Below, piece after piece: positions 10,611 to 19,328 of a stretch of DNA of 41,026 nt. Source of the stretch: Acetobacteraceae bacterium (GTDB lineage: Bacteria; Pseudomonadota; Alphaproteobacteria; Acetobacterales; Acetobacteraceae); the NCBI GenBank assembly GCA_019689515.1, contig JADGHI010000001.1, positions 1 through 41,026 on the forward strand. The letters run 5' to 3'. The stretch's first letter is position 1. Every line of letters starts with the position of its first letter. The translations under genes were made by a program, and so were the position numbers. The notes under the pieces were generated by a model. The model saw nothing but the letters and a program-made list of their open reading frames with translations. It did not search any database and was not told where the DNA came from.

Positions 10611-11658
10611 GCCAAGGGATGACGCGCGCGAGGCGATCCGCGCCGAGGCCCGCCGCCTCGGCTTCGACGCGGTGGGCTTCACCGAGGCCCGTCTGCCGGA
10701 GGAGGTCCGCGCGCGGCTCGACGCCTTCCTCGCGGAGGGCATGCACGGCGAGATGGGCTGGATGGCGGAGCGCGTCGCGCAACGCGCCGATCCGCGCGCC
10801 CTCTGGCCGGAGGCGGTGAGCGTGATCGCGCTCGGCGTCTCCTACGCGCCGGCCGAGGATCCGCTGGCGACGCTGCCGCTGCGCGACCGCGCGACGATCA
10901 GCGCCTATGCGCGCAACCGCGACTACCACGACGTGGCGAAGAAGCGCCTCAAGGCGCTCGCGCGCTGGATGGTGGACCGCTGGCCGGGCACGGATCTCAA
11001 GGTCTTCGTGGACACCGCGCCGGTGATGGAGAAGCCGCTCGCCGCGCGCGCCGGGCTCGGCTGGCAGGGAAAGCACACCAACCTGGTCTCGCGCACCCAC
11101 GGCTCCTGGCTGTTCCTGGGCGAGATCTACACGACCCTCCCGCTGCCGCCGGACGCGCCGGAGCAGGACCATTGCGGCTCCTGCCGCCGCTGCCTCGATG
11201 TCTGCCCGACTGATGCCTTCCCCGCTCCCTACCGGCTCGATGCGCGCCGCTGCATTAGTTACCTGACCATCGAGCACCGCGGCCCGATCCCGCACGACCT
11301 GCGCCCCGGCCTGGGCAACCGCATCTATGGCTGCGACGACTGCCTCGCCGTCTGCCCGTGGAACAAATTCGCCCGCGCGCATGCTGAGCCGGCCTTCCTG
11401 CCACGTTCCGAGCTGACCGCGCCGCGTCTCGCCGAGCTTGCGGCGCTGGACGACGCCGCGTTTCGCGCGCTGTTCTCCGGCAGCCCGATCAAGCGCATCG
11501 GGCGGAACCGCTTCGTGCGCAACGTGCTGGTCGCGATCGGCAATTCCGGCGATCCCGCGCTGCGGCCATCCGCGCAGGCGCTGGCGGAGGACGCCGACCC
11601 GGTGGTCGCCGAGGCCGCGCGCTGGGCCGCGCAGCGCCTTCTCGAGGCCGCCGCATGA
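10597..11658 (+). CDS. queG: tRNA epoxyqueuosine(34) reductase
   Basis: [55 protein letters not shown] and [13 protein letters not shown]. Confidence 0.96.
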   Translation: MAAAEPRDDAREAIRAEARRLGFDAVGFTEARLPEEVRARLDAFLAEGMHGEMGWMAERVAQRADPRALWPEAVSVIALGVSYAPAEDPLATLPLRDRATISAYARNRDYHDVAKKRLKALARWMVDRWPGTDLKVFVDTAPVMEKPLAARAGLGWQGKHTNLVSRTHGSWLFLGEIYTTLPLPPDAPEQDHCGSCRRCLDVCPTDAFPAPYRLDARRCISYLTIEHRGPIPHDLRPGLGNRIYGCDDCLAVCPWNKFARAHAEPAFLPRSELTAPRLAELAALDDAAFRALFSGSPIKRIGRNRFVRNVLVAIGNSGDPALRPSAQALAEDADPVVAEAARWAAQRLLEAAA

Positions 11659-12377
11659 ACGCCGACGGCGCCCTCGTACTGTTCAGCGGCGGCCAGGACA
11701 GCGCCACCTGCCTCGCCTGGGCGCTGGACCGCTTCGCGCGCGTGGAGACGGTCGGTTTCGACTACGGCCAGCGCCACGCGGTCGAGCTCGACTGCCGCGC
11801 CGCCTTCCGCGCGGCGCTGGCAGCGCAGTTCCCCCACTGGGCGGCGCGGCTCGCCGAAGACCACACGCTCCGCCTCGACGCGCTCGGAACGCTCTCCGAC
11901 ACCGCGCTCACGCGCGAGGCCGAGATCGCGCTGCGCGAGGACGGGCTGCCCAACACCTTCGTCCCGGGCCGCAACCTGATCTTCCTCGCCTTCGCGACCG
12001 CCCTCGCCTATCGCCGCGGCCTCCGGCATATCGTCGCCGGCATGTGCGAGACCGACTATTCCGGCTATCCCGACTGCCGCGACGACACGATCAAGGCGAT
12101 GCAGGTGGCGCTGAACCTCGGCATGGAGCGCCGCTTCGTCCTGCACACGCCGCTGATGTGGCGGGACAAGGCCGCCACCTGGGAGCTTGCGGAGGCGCTC
12201 GGCGGTAGGCCGCTGGTGGACATGATCATCGAGCATACGCATAGCTGCTACCTCGGCGACCGCTCGCACCGCCACGCCTGGGGCTACGGATGCGGCACCT
12301 GCCCCGCCTGCGAACTTCGCCAGCGCGGCCACGAGGCCTACACGACACGCTGCACCGCGGCAGGGCCGGCGCAATGA
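11655..12377 (+). CDS. queC: 7-cyano-7-deazaguanine synthase
   Basis: SGGQDS PP-loop, [26 protein letters not shown] and HSCY...GCGTCPAC. Confidence 0.96.
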   Translation: MNADGALVLFSGGQDSATCLAWALDRFARVETVGFDYGQRHAVELDCRAAFRAALAAQFPHWAARLAEDHTLRLDALGTLSDTALTREAEIALREDGLPNTFVPGRNLIFLAFATALAYRRGLRHIVAGMCETDYSGYPDCRDDTIKAMQVALNLGMERRFVLHTPLMWRDKAATWELAEALGGRPLVDMIIEHTHSCYLGDRSHRHAWGYGCGTCPACELRQRGHEAYTTRCTAAGPAQ

Positions 12378-12937
12378 GAATCGAGCGCCGCCGTCGCATT
12401 GAGGGCCTGGTCTTCCTCACCGCCTTCGGCCTCTGCATCCCGGCCGCCAATTGGCTGATCGAGAATGCCGGCACCGTCTGCGTCCCGGACGGCCCGTGCC
12501 TGATCACGGTGGCGCCGGGCATCATGGCGCCCTCCGGCGTGCTGATGATCGGGCTGGCGCTGGTGCTGCGGGATCTGGTGCAGCGGCGCCTCGGGCTGGC
12601 CTGGGCCTCAGCGGCGATCCTGGCGGGCGCCGCGCTCTCGGCGCTGCTGGCCCCGCCCTCGCTGGTGCTGGCCTCGGCCCTGGCCTTCCTGCTGAGCGAG
12701 GGGGCCGACCTCGCAATCTACACGCCGCTTCAGCGCCGCGGGCTCACGCTGGCGGTGCTCGCCAGCAGCGCCGCCGGGCTCGCCGTGGACAGTTTGGCCT
12801 TCCTGTGGGTGGCCTTCGGCAGCCTCGACTACCTGGCGGGCCAGGTCATCGGCAAGACGTGGATGGTGCTGCTGGCCCTGCCGCTGGTGCACTGGCTGCG
12901 GCGCCGGGACGAGAGGCTGGGCCTGCGCGCCGCCTGA
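12374..12937 (+). CDS. VUT/YhhQ-family membrane protein, probable queuosine-precursor transporter
   Basis: ATG 12374 overlaps the queC stop; several hydrophobic segments; family-like motifs [25 protein letters not shown] and GQVIGK; last gene of the que operon. Confidence 0.78.
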   Translation: MRIERRRRIEGLVFLTAFGLCIPAANWLIENAGTVCVPDGPCLITVAPGIMAPSGVLMIGLALVLRDLVQRRLGLAWASAAILAGAALSALLAPPSLVLASALAFLLSEGADLAIYTPLQRRGLTLAVLASSAAGLAVDSLAFLWVAFGSLDYLAGQVIGKTWMVLLALPLVHWLRRRDERLGLRAA

Positions 12938-13144
12938 ATTCGCGACCGGGCGGCGGGCCGCCCCGCAAACCGCAACGCCATGCAGGCGTTACCCCCGCCA
13001 GACCGCGGCCGGCCGAGGCGGAGACGCCAGTGGCATGATCCGCCGCCCCGGGAGAATGCCGGATCGAGTGCAGGCTGATGGCCATCAGGCCACCGGCCGC
13101 GGCGCGACCTCCAAACGAAACGACAACGCGCCGAGGCCCGGTCC

Positions 13145-13276
13145 ATGCGCCAGACGCTCCGCATCCTGCTGGTCCTGCTTCCCGTCCTGGCCGGCGCCGC
13201 GGCCTGCGGCGCGGCGATACCGACCGGCGCGCCGCCGGCCTACGGCGATGGCCGGGACTTCAGCGGCGGCGCCTGA
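13145..13276 (+). CDS. Small putative lipoprotein (43 aa)
   Basis: Below the ORF-track size cutoff: MRQTLRILLVLLPVLAGAAA-CGAAIPTGAPPAYGDGRDFSGGA*. It has a basic n-region, hydrophobic h-region, lipobox-like Cys21, GC3-rich codons and GAGG upstream. Confidence 0.62.
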   Translation: MRQTLRILLVLLPVLAGAAACGAAIPTGAPPAYGDGRDFSGGA

Positions 13277-13279
13277 CCC

Positions 13280-14281
13280 TCATTCGGGCCGGATGTTGTT
13301 CTCGCGAACGACACGGCCCCAGACCGCGATCTGCTGATCGAGGAACTCGCGCAGTTCCTCGGGGCTCGACAGGACCAGGCGCGCCTGCTGGATCTCGGTC
13401 ATCTGCCGGCGTGCGCGGTCCTCCGACAGCACCTCGCGCAGCGCGGCGTTCATCCGCGCGACGATCGGCGCCGGCGTTCCGTGCGGCGCGAAGACGCCCC
13501 ACCAGGCCTCCGCCCGCAGGCCGGGGAAGCCGCTCTCCTCCGCCGTCGGCACCTCGCGCAGGGCGGGCAGGCGCTCGGGGCCGAACTGCACCAAGGGGCG
13601 CAGCGTACCGCCGGCGATGTGCGGCAGGAGCAGGGCCGCGCTGCCGATCATCATCTCCACATGCCCGGCGACGGTGTCGTTCACCGCGAGGCCGCCGCTG
13701 CGATAGGGCAGGTGCGGCATGGTGATGCCGGCACGCTCCTGAAGCAGGATCATCGTCAGATGGCCGATGGTGCCGTTGCCGGTCGAGCCGAAGCTCACCT
13801 GGTCCGGCCGCGCCTTGGCCGCCGCCACCACGTCCGCGAGGCTGCGGTAGGGCTTGTCGGGCTTGCAGGCGATCGCGTAGGGCGCGCCGCCGATCAGCAT
13901 GACCGGATCGAGGTCGCGCGTCAGGTCGAAGGGCAGGCGCGGCAGCAGCGCCGGCATCACCGCATGGCTGTCGAAGGTGACGAGCCAGGTCTGCCCGTCC
14001 GGCGCCGCCTTCGCGACCGCATCCGTGCCGATCGAGCCCGCGGCGCCGGAGCGGTTCTCGACGACGACCGGCACGCCGAGGCGCTGCTGCAGCCCGGGCG
14101 CAACCAGCCGCGCCACCGCATCCGTGGAGCCGCCGGGCGCGAACGGGACAACGATGCGCACCGTGCCCTTCGGCCAGGATGCCGCCCCCGTCGCCCCCGA
14201 TTGCGCGCGCGCCGCCGCGCAGGGCCATGCACCGGAAAGCGCAGCCGCCGCCATGGCGCCACGCCGGGTCAGGTTCGTCAT
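13280..14281 (-). CDS. Bug/TctC substrate-binding protein
   Basis: Start MTNLTRRG (ATG 14281); VPFAPGGSTD, VENRSGAAG, PDGQT and HLPYRSGG. Confidence 0.92.
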   Translation of the reverse strand: MTNLTRRGAMAAAALSGAWPCAAARAQSGATGAASWPKGTVRIVVPFAPGGSTDAVARLVAPGLQQRLGVPVVVENRSGAAGSIGTDAVAKAAPDGQTWLVTFDSHAVMPALLPRLPFDLTRDLDPVMLIGGAPYAIACKPDKPYRSLADVVAAAKARPDQVSFGSTGNGTIGHLTMILLQERAGITMPHLPYRSGGLAVNDTVAGHVEMMIGSAALLLPHIAGGTLRPLVQFGPERLPALREVPTAEESGFPGLRAEAWWGVFAPHGTPAPIVARMNAALREVLSEDRARRQMTEIQQARLVLSSPEELREFLDQQIAVWGRVVRENNIRPE

Positions 14282-14333
14282 CCGCTTCCCCCTCACATCG
14301 AACCGGGCCAGCACGGCTGGTCGTGAAGGCGGG

Positions 14334-14621
14334 TCATGCCCCGCCATGCACCCTCGCCGCGCCGGCGCGCATCTGGTCGCGCAGCGCGCAGCGCATGTCC
14401 AGTGCCTCGGGCCGAACCGCCGCTTCCTCGATGGCTCCGCGCAGGCCGAGCCGGTCGAACATCGCGAAGACATCGGGCCCAAGCTGGATGCCGGCCCAGA
14501 CTTCTCCGAACTGCCGTGCCTTCTCGACCAGGCGCACCGGGTAGCCGGCCCGGGCGAGGGCGAGGGCGGCGCCCAAGCCGCCGATGCCCCCGCCGACGAC
14601 GAGGATGGGACCGCCGCTCAT
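14334..14621 (-). pseudogene. Truncated FAD-dependent monooxygenase (3-hydroxybenzoate 6-monooxygenase/salicylate hydroxylase-like N-terminus)
   Basis: 95 aa containing VVGGGIGGL...EK...GEVWAGIQLGP. It lacks the DG and GD motifs and about three quarters of the normal length, and there is no room for the remainder before the next gene. Confidence 0.78.
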
Positions 14622-15589
14622 GACTCTTCCGTGAGTTCGAGCGTGCTCGGATGGAACAGCGCTTCGGGCGGGATCTCCCTCGCCGCGAGCCCGTCATGCA
14701 CGGCGAAACGGATCATCGCCGCGACCTCCGCGCGGTTGCGCGCGAAGCCGTAGGGCCAGGGATTGCCACCCATGAACGCGCTCTGCGCCGCCGCTTCGGC
14801 GGCGATCCAGGGCAGCGACACGCGCAGCACGTTGACCATCGCCAGCTCGGCGAGCGACAGCGCCTTCGCCCGGGCGAAGGCCCGGAACAACTCGACCGAC
14901 AGCCAGGGGTGGCGCTCGGCGACATCGCGCCGCACCGCGAGGCAGTGCATGATCGGGAAGAAGCCGCTCGCCTTGAACCAGACCTCCTCCTCCGCGCGGT
15001 AGTCCGGGAACAGGCGGGCAACCGGCGCGCTGCGCTCGGCAAAGCAGGCGGGCGGGCGCGGCGCGATCAGCGCGTCCAGCCGGCCCGCCGCGAGCGCGGC
15101 CTCCAATGGCTCGCCGAGCGGGCGCACGTCGATGCCCTCCGGCAGCGTGATCGCCACCCGCTCGCCGCCGGTGCGCCAGGCGATGCCGCGCGTGTCCACG
15201 CCGTAGTACTCGCGCAGGATGCCCCGGACCCAGAGCGCAGCGGTCTGCTGGTACTCCGGCAGGCCGATGGTGCGGCCGGCGAGGTCCGCCGGCGAGCGGA
15301 TGCCGCGGTCCGTGCGGATGTAGATCGCCGAATGGCGGAAGGCGCGCGAGAGGAAGACCGGCACGCCGACATAGGGCGCGTCGCCGCGCGCGGTGGTGAC
15401 GATGTGGCTGCCCATTGACAGCTCCGTCACCTCGAAGGCGCGGTCGCGCAGCGCGCGGCGGAAGATGTCCTCCGGCTCGCCGGGAATCGCCGTGAAGCGC
15501 ACGCCCGGCACCGCGACGCGGCCGTCCAGGATCGGCCGCGTGCGGTCCGTCGCGACGCAGGCGAGCGAGAGCGAGACCGTGCCGCTCAT
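14618..15589 (-). CDS. 4,5-dihydroxyphthalate decarboxylase (Pht5/OphC)-like protein with a periplasmic-binding-protein fold
   Basis: DRTRPILDGRV, EDIFRRA, ELSMGS, PVFLSRAFRHS, PEYQQTA, FPIMH and PWPYG; no signal peptide. Confidence 0.78.
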   Translation of the reverse strand: MSGTVSLSLACVATDRTRPILDGRVAVPGVRFTAIPGEPEDIFRRALRDRAFEVTELSMGSHIVTTARGDAPYVGVPVFLSRAFRHSAIYIRTDRGIRSPADLAGRTIGLPEYQQTAALWVRGILREYYGVDTRGIAWRTGGERVAITLPEGIDVRPLGEPLEAALAAGRLDALIAPRPPACFAERSAPVARLFPDYRAEEEVWFKASGFFPIMHCLAVRRDVAERHPWLSVELFRAFARAKALSLAELAMVNVLRVSLPWIAAEAAAQSAFMGGNPWPYGFARNRAEVAAMIRFAVHDGLAAREIPPEALFHPSTLELTEES

Positions 15590-17751
15590 GCTGCATCCAT
15601 CGCGGCTGCGATGGTCTCCGGCGTGAAGGGCATCGCCCGCACCCGCACGCCGAGCGCGTCACGGATCGCCCCGGCGATCGCGGCGACGCTCGGCGCCAGC
15701 GCGCACTCCCCGGCGCCGAGCGGCGGCTGGTCCGGGCGCTGGATCAGACGGGTCTGCACCACCGGCACCTCGGAGAAGCGCAGGATCGGGTAGGTTTCCC
15801 AGGAATCGCTGGTGACCCGGCGGCGGTCGAAGCGCACCGCCTCCTTCAGCGCCATGGAGACGCCATGGATCGCGCCGCCCTCCAACTGGTTGGCGACGCC
15901 GTCCGGGTTGATCGCCTCGCCGACATCGGCGGCGATCCAGAGGCGCGTGGCGCGCACGGTCGCCTCGGCGGCGATCTCCGCCACCACCGCGCACCAGGCG
16001 CTGGCGTTCTTGTAGCGCGCGAAGCCGACGCCCATGCCGACCCCCTCGCGGCGCGCGCGGCCGGCCCAGCCGGCCATCTCCGCGGCCGCGCGCAGCACCT
16101 CCGCCGCGCGCGGGTCGTCGAGGTGGCGCAGGCGGAACTCCACCGGATCCGCGCCGGCGTGGGCGGCGAGCTCGTCCATCGTGGACTCGATCGCCCAGAC
16201 ATTCACCGGCGCGCCGAGGCCGCGCAGCGCCGAAGTACGCAGCGGCATCACCGTCAGGCGGCGCAGGCCGATGCGCAGGTTCGGGATGCGATAGAGCGGA
16301 ATCGCGTTGCGCTGCGCTCCCCCGCCGCCGGCGATCGGCGGGTTGATCGAGGGCGGCACCGGCACGCCACCCTCGACATAGGCGCCGGAGAGCAGGGTCG
16401 GGTCCTGCATGCGACCGGGGCGGGAGGAATGGCCGTTGCTGATGATCTCGCACCGCCAGGAGACGAGATTCCCGGCGGCATCGGCCGTCGCCTCCACTTC
16501 CACCAGCATGGCCGAAGAGAAGGGCGACCAGCCGAGCTCCTCCGCCCGGCTCCAAAGAACGCGCACCGGCTGGTCGGGCACGGCGCGCGCCACCAGCGCA
16601 GCGTCGAGCGCGACGTCATCCGCGCCGTTGTGGCCGTAGCACCCGGCTCCCTCGACATGCCGCACGAGGATGCGCTCGGGCGCGATGCGCAGCACCTTCG
16701 CGAGGTCGGTACGCAGGTTGTAGACGCCCTGGCTGTGGGTCCAGACCTCGAGCGTCCCGCCGCTCCAGCGCGCCACGGCGCAGCAGGTGCCGACCGAGGC
16801 ATGCGCCACCGGCGGGCGGAAGAAGCACGTGCGAACCGTCTGGCCCGCGAGGGCGACGTCGTCCGCGGCGCGCTCGATGACGACCGAATCCTCGTGCGGT
16901 GCCTCACGCAGCCAGTCGGCGAGCGCCCGTTCGTCGGGCAGCGTGTCCGCCTCCTCCCAGCGCACTCGCGCGGCGAGGCGCGCCGCGGCCGCCTCGGCAT
17001 CGTGCTCCGCCGCTGCGACGACGGCGAGGAAGGAGCCGTCGCGGACCACGCGCGCCCCGCCGGGCAGCGGCGGTCCTCCCTCGCGCAATTCCACGAGCCG
17101 CGCTCCGCGCGCTGGCGGCCGCACCACGCGCGCATGCAGCATGCCCGGCAGGCGCAGATCGTGCACGAAGCGCGCGGCGCCGAACACCTTGTCGGGCAGG
17201 TCCAGCCGCGGCGCCGAGGTCCCCGCGATACGCCGCGCGGAAGGCGGCTTCGCCTTCACCTCCGGCGAGGCCGCGCACTCCAGCAGCGCGTCGTCCGCCT
17301 GCGCCCAGTAGGAGCCCACGGGACCGGCAGGCCCGAAAAAGGTGCCGTCCTCCACCCGCAGCGCCTCCAGCGGCACGCCGGTCTTCTGCGCCGCAACCTG
17401 GAGGTGGATGGCCCGCGCATTCGCGCAGGCATGGCGCAGCGCCGAGCCGCAGTCCTGCACCGACAGGCTGCCCGAGGTGACGCCCTCGTTCGGACTGTCC
17501 GGCGTCGCCGCCGTCTGCACGCCGATGCGCGCGAGCGAGACGTCCAGCTCGTCCGCCGCGATCTGCGCCAACGCCGTCAGGATGCCCTGCCCCAGCTCCA
17601 CCTTGCCGGGCCGGATGGTCACGCGACCATCCGCGTGGAAGGTGATCCACTGCGACAGCCTTCGGTTCGTGTGCAGGCTGCCGGGCAGCCGAGGCCTGCC
17701 GTCCTCCGGCGTGACCAGGCCACGGAAATCCATGCCGCTCCCGGCGCTCAT
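15586..17751 (-). CDS. Molybdopterin-binding large subunit, xanthine oxidase family (NicB/IorB-like hydroxylase)
   Basis: Start MSAGSGM (ATG 17751); GKVELGQG, TSGSLS, GAGCYGHNGADD, LRGLGA, ESTMDELA, NPDGVANQLEGG and GAGE. Confidence 0.9.
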   Translation of the reverse strand: MSAGSGMDFRGLVTPEDGRPRLPGSLHTNRRLSQWITFHADGRVTIRPGKVELGQGILTALAQIAADELDVSLARIGVQTAATPDSPNEGVTSGSLSVQDCGSALRHACANARAIHLQVAAQKTGVPLEALRVEDGTFFGPAGPVGSYWAQADDALLECAASPEVKAKPPSARRIAGTSAPRLDLPDKVFGAARFVHDLRLPGMLHARVVRPPARGARLVELREGGPPLPGGARVVRDGSFLAVVAAAEHDAEAAAARLAARVRWEEADTLPDERALADWLREAPHEDSVVIERAADDVALAGQTVRTCFFRPPVAHASVGTCCAVARWSGGTLEVWTHSQGVYNLRTDLAKVLRIAPERILVRHVEGAGCYGHNGADDVALDAALVARAVPDQPVRVLWSRAEELGWSPFSSAMLVEVEATADAAGNLVSWRCEIISNGHSSRPGRMQDPTLLSGAYVEGGVPVPPSINPPIAGGGGAQRNAIPLYRIPNLRIGLRRLTVMPLRTSALRGLGAPVNVWAIESTMDELAAHAGADPVEFRLRHLDDPRAAEVLRAAAEMAGWAGRARREGVGMGVGFARYKNASAWCAVVAEIAAEATVRATRLWIAADVGEAINPDGVANQLEGGAIHGVSMALKEAVRFDRRRVTSDSWETYPILRFSEVPVVQTRLIQRPDQPPLGAGECALAPSVAAIAGAIRDALGVRVRAMPFTPETIAAAMDAA

Positions 17752-18227
17752 GCCGCCGCCCTCCCCTCGCGCATCGCCCGGGCGGCGCGGCGCACGGCGC
17801 GGATGATCCGGTTGTGGCTGCCGCAGCGGCACAGATGCGGGTCGAGCGCCGCGCGGATCGCCGCGTCGTCCGGATCGGGGTCGCGATCCAGCAGCGCGGC
17901 CGCGCTCACCAGGATGCCGGGCAGGCAGAAGCCGCACTGCCCTGCCTGCTCCGCCAGGAACGCGGCCTGCAAGGGGTGCGGCGCCTCCGGCGTGCCGAGC
18001 CCCTCCACGGTGCGCACCGCCTTCCCCTCCACGGCGTCGAGCGCCAGGGTGCAGGCGTAGCGCGGCGTGCCCTCCACCAGCACCATGCAGGTGCCGCATT
18101 GCTCCGCGCCGCAGCCGTAGCGCGGCCCGCTCAGGCCGAGTGGGCCGCGCAACGCGTGCAGCAGGGACACCTCGCCGGGAAGATCGACCGAGACGGCGGT
18201 GCCGTTCAGCGTGAAGCGCGTCGTCAT
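17748..18227 (-). CDS. (2Fe-2S)-binding small subunit of the molybdo-hydroxylase
   Basis: Start MTTRFTLNG (ATG 18227); GCGAEQCGTC...C, QCGFC and LCRCG; overlaps the start of the large subunit. Confidence 0.92.
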   Translation of the reverse strand: MTTRFTLNGTAVSVDLPGEVSLLHALRGPLGLSGPRYGCGAEQCGTCMVLVEGTPRYACTLALDAVEGKAVRTVEGLGTPEAPHPLQAAFLAEQAGQCGFCLPGILVSAAALLDRDPDPDDAAIRAALDPHLCRCGSHNRIIRAVRRAARAMREGRAAA

Positions 18228-18241
18228 GGCGGGCGCTCCGC

Positions 18242-19222
18242 TCAGCTCGCCTGGATGCGCGCCATGCGGATCCACTCGCCCTGACGCTGGATGTCGCGGC
18301 GCAGGAAGGCGTCGAATTCGGCGACCGTCATCGGCATGGGCTGCGCGCCGAGCCGCGCCTGCGCCTCGCGCGTCGCGGGGAGGGAGAGGATCCGGTTCAC
18401 CTCCGCGTTCAGCCGCTCCACAACCGGCTGCGGCGTGCCGGCCGGCGCCATCAGCCCGAGCCAGAGCGAGGATTCGTAGCCCGGCAGCGTCTCCGCCACG
18501 GTCGGCAGATCGGGCAGCATCGGGCTGCGCTGCGGGCCGGTGGTGGCGAGGCCGCGCACGCGCCCGCCATGGATGTGCTCGGCCATGGTCGGGATCGCGT
18601 CGAACATGATCGGCACCTGGCCGGCGATCACGGCGGTGCGCGCCTGATCGCTGCCGCGGAAGGGCACATGCGTGACCTCGATGCCGGCCATGGCACGGAA
18701 CACCTCGCCGGCGATGTGGTAGGGCGTGCCGGGACCGGAGGAGGCGTAGTCCAGCCTGCCGGGATTGGCCTTCGCATGAGCGATCAGCTCCGCCACCGTC
18801 CGCGCGGGCACGGAAGGATGCACGACCAGCACGTTGTAGGCGATGTTGACCGCCGCGACGGGCGCGAGGTCGCGCATCAGCACATAAGGCCGGTTCGGCA
18901 GCAGCGTCTCGTTCGCCGTGTGAGTGTTCGACATCATCAGGAGGGTGTGGCCGTCGGGCGCGGACTTGACGACCGCCTCGGTGCCGATCACTGCCCCGGC
19001 GCCGGGCCGGTTCTCCACCACCACCGGCTGGCCGAGCGCCTGGCCGAGCGGCTCCGACAGGAACCGCGCCGCCACATCCGCCGATCCTCCGAGGCCGAAG
19101 GGCACCACGATGCGGAGGGCCCGCGTCGGCCATGCCGCGCCTTGCGCGACCGAGCGGCGCGGCGCGGCGAGGCCCCCGGCTGCGAGGCCGGCGGCCATCC
19201 AGGCCCGGCGATACAGCAGCAT
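18242..19222 (-). CDS. Bug/TctC substrate-binding protein
   Basis: Start MLLYRRAW (ATG 19222, AGGAGGGAGG upstream); VPFGLGGSAD, VENRPGAG, PDGHTL and HVPFRG. Confidence 0.92.
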   Translation of the reverse strand: MLLYRRAWMAAGLAAGGLAAPRRSVAQGAAWPTRALRIVVPFGLGGSADVAARFLSEPLGQALGQPVVVENRPGAGAVIGTEAVVKSAPDGHTLLMMSNTHTANETLLPNRPYVLMRDLAPVAAVNIAYNVLVVHPSVPARTVAELIAHAKANPGRLDYASSGPGTPYHIAGEVFRAMAGIEVTHVPFRGSDQARTAVIAGQVPIMFDAIPTMAEHIHGGRVRGLATTGPQRSPMLPDLPTVAETLPGYESSLWLGLMAPAGTPQPVVERLNAEVNRILSLPATREAQARLGAQPMPMTVAEFDAFLRRDIQRQGEWIRMARIQAS

Positions 19223-19328
19223 GGCGCTCCTCCCTCCTGGTTTTGACCCCAGGATCGGCCGCGCCAGGCACTTCGGCAAGGGTTTCCGCCATGGGCCGGA
19301 ATATCCGGCCGGCCCATGGCGGGCGGAC

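Noticed and set aside
7916-12937. 7-deazaguanine DNA-modification (dpd) defence system
   Set aside because: The TGT is a canonical tRNA enzyme accompanied by queA and queG. No dpdA-K-like genes are in the window.
12948-12963. GC hairpin after the que operon (and a similar one near 25179-25204) as an intrinsic terminator
   Set aside because: There is no U-tract, and short GC inverted repeats are expected by chance at this composition.
13031-13046. Possible sigma54 site TGGCATGATCCGCCGC
   Set aside because: It has the -24 element but no TTGC at the -12 position.
15586-19292. Long ORFs implying fusions among the Bug, 2Fe-2S and Mo subunit genes
   Set aside because: The extensions are low-complexity Arg/Ala/Gly-rich alternative frames. 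Each real gene has its own start, RBS or ATGA overlap.
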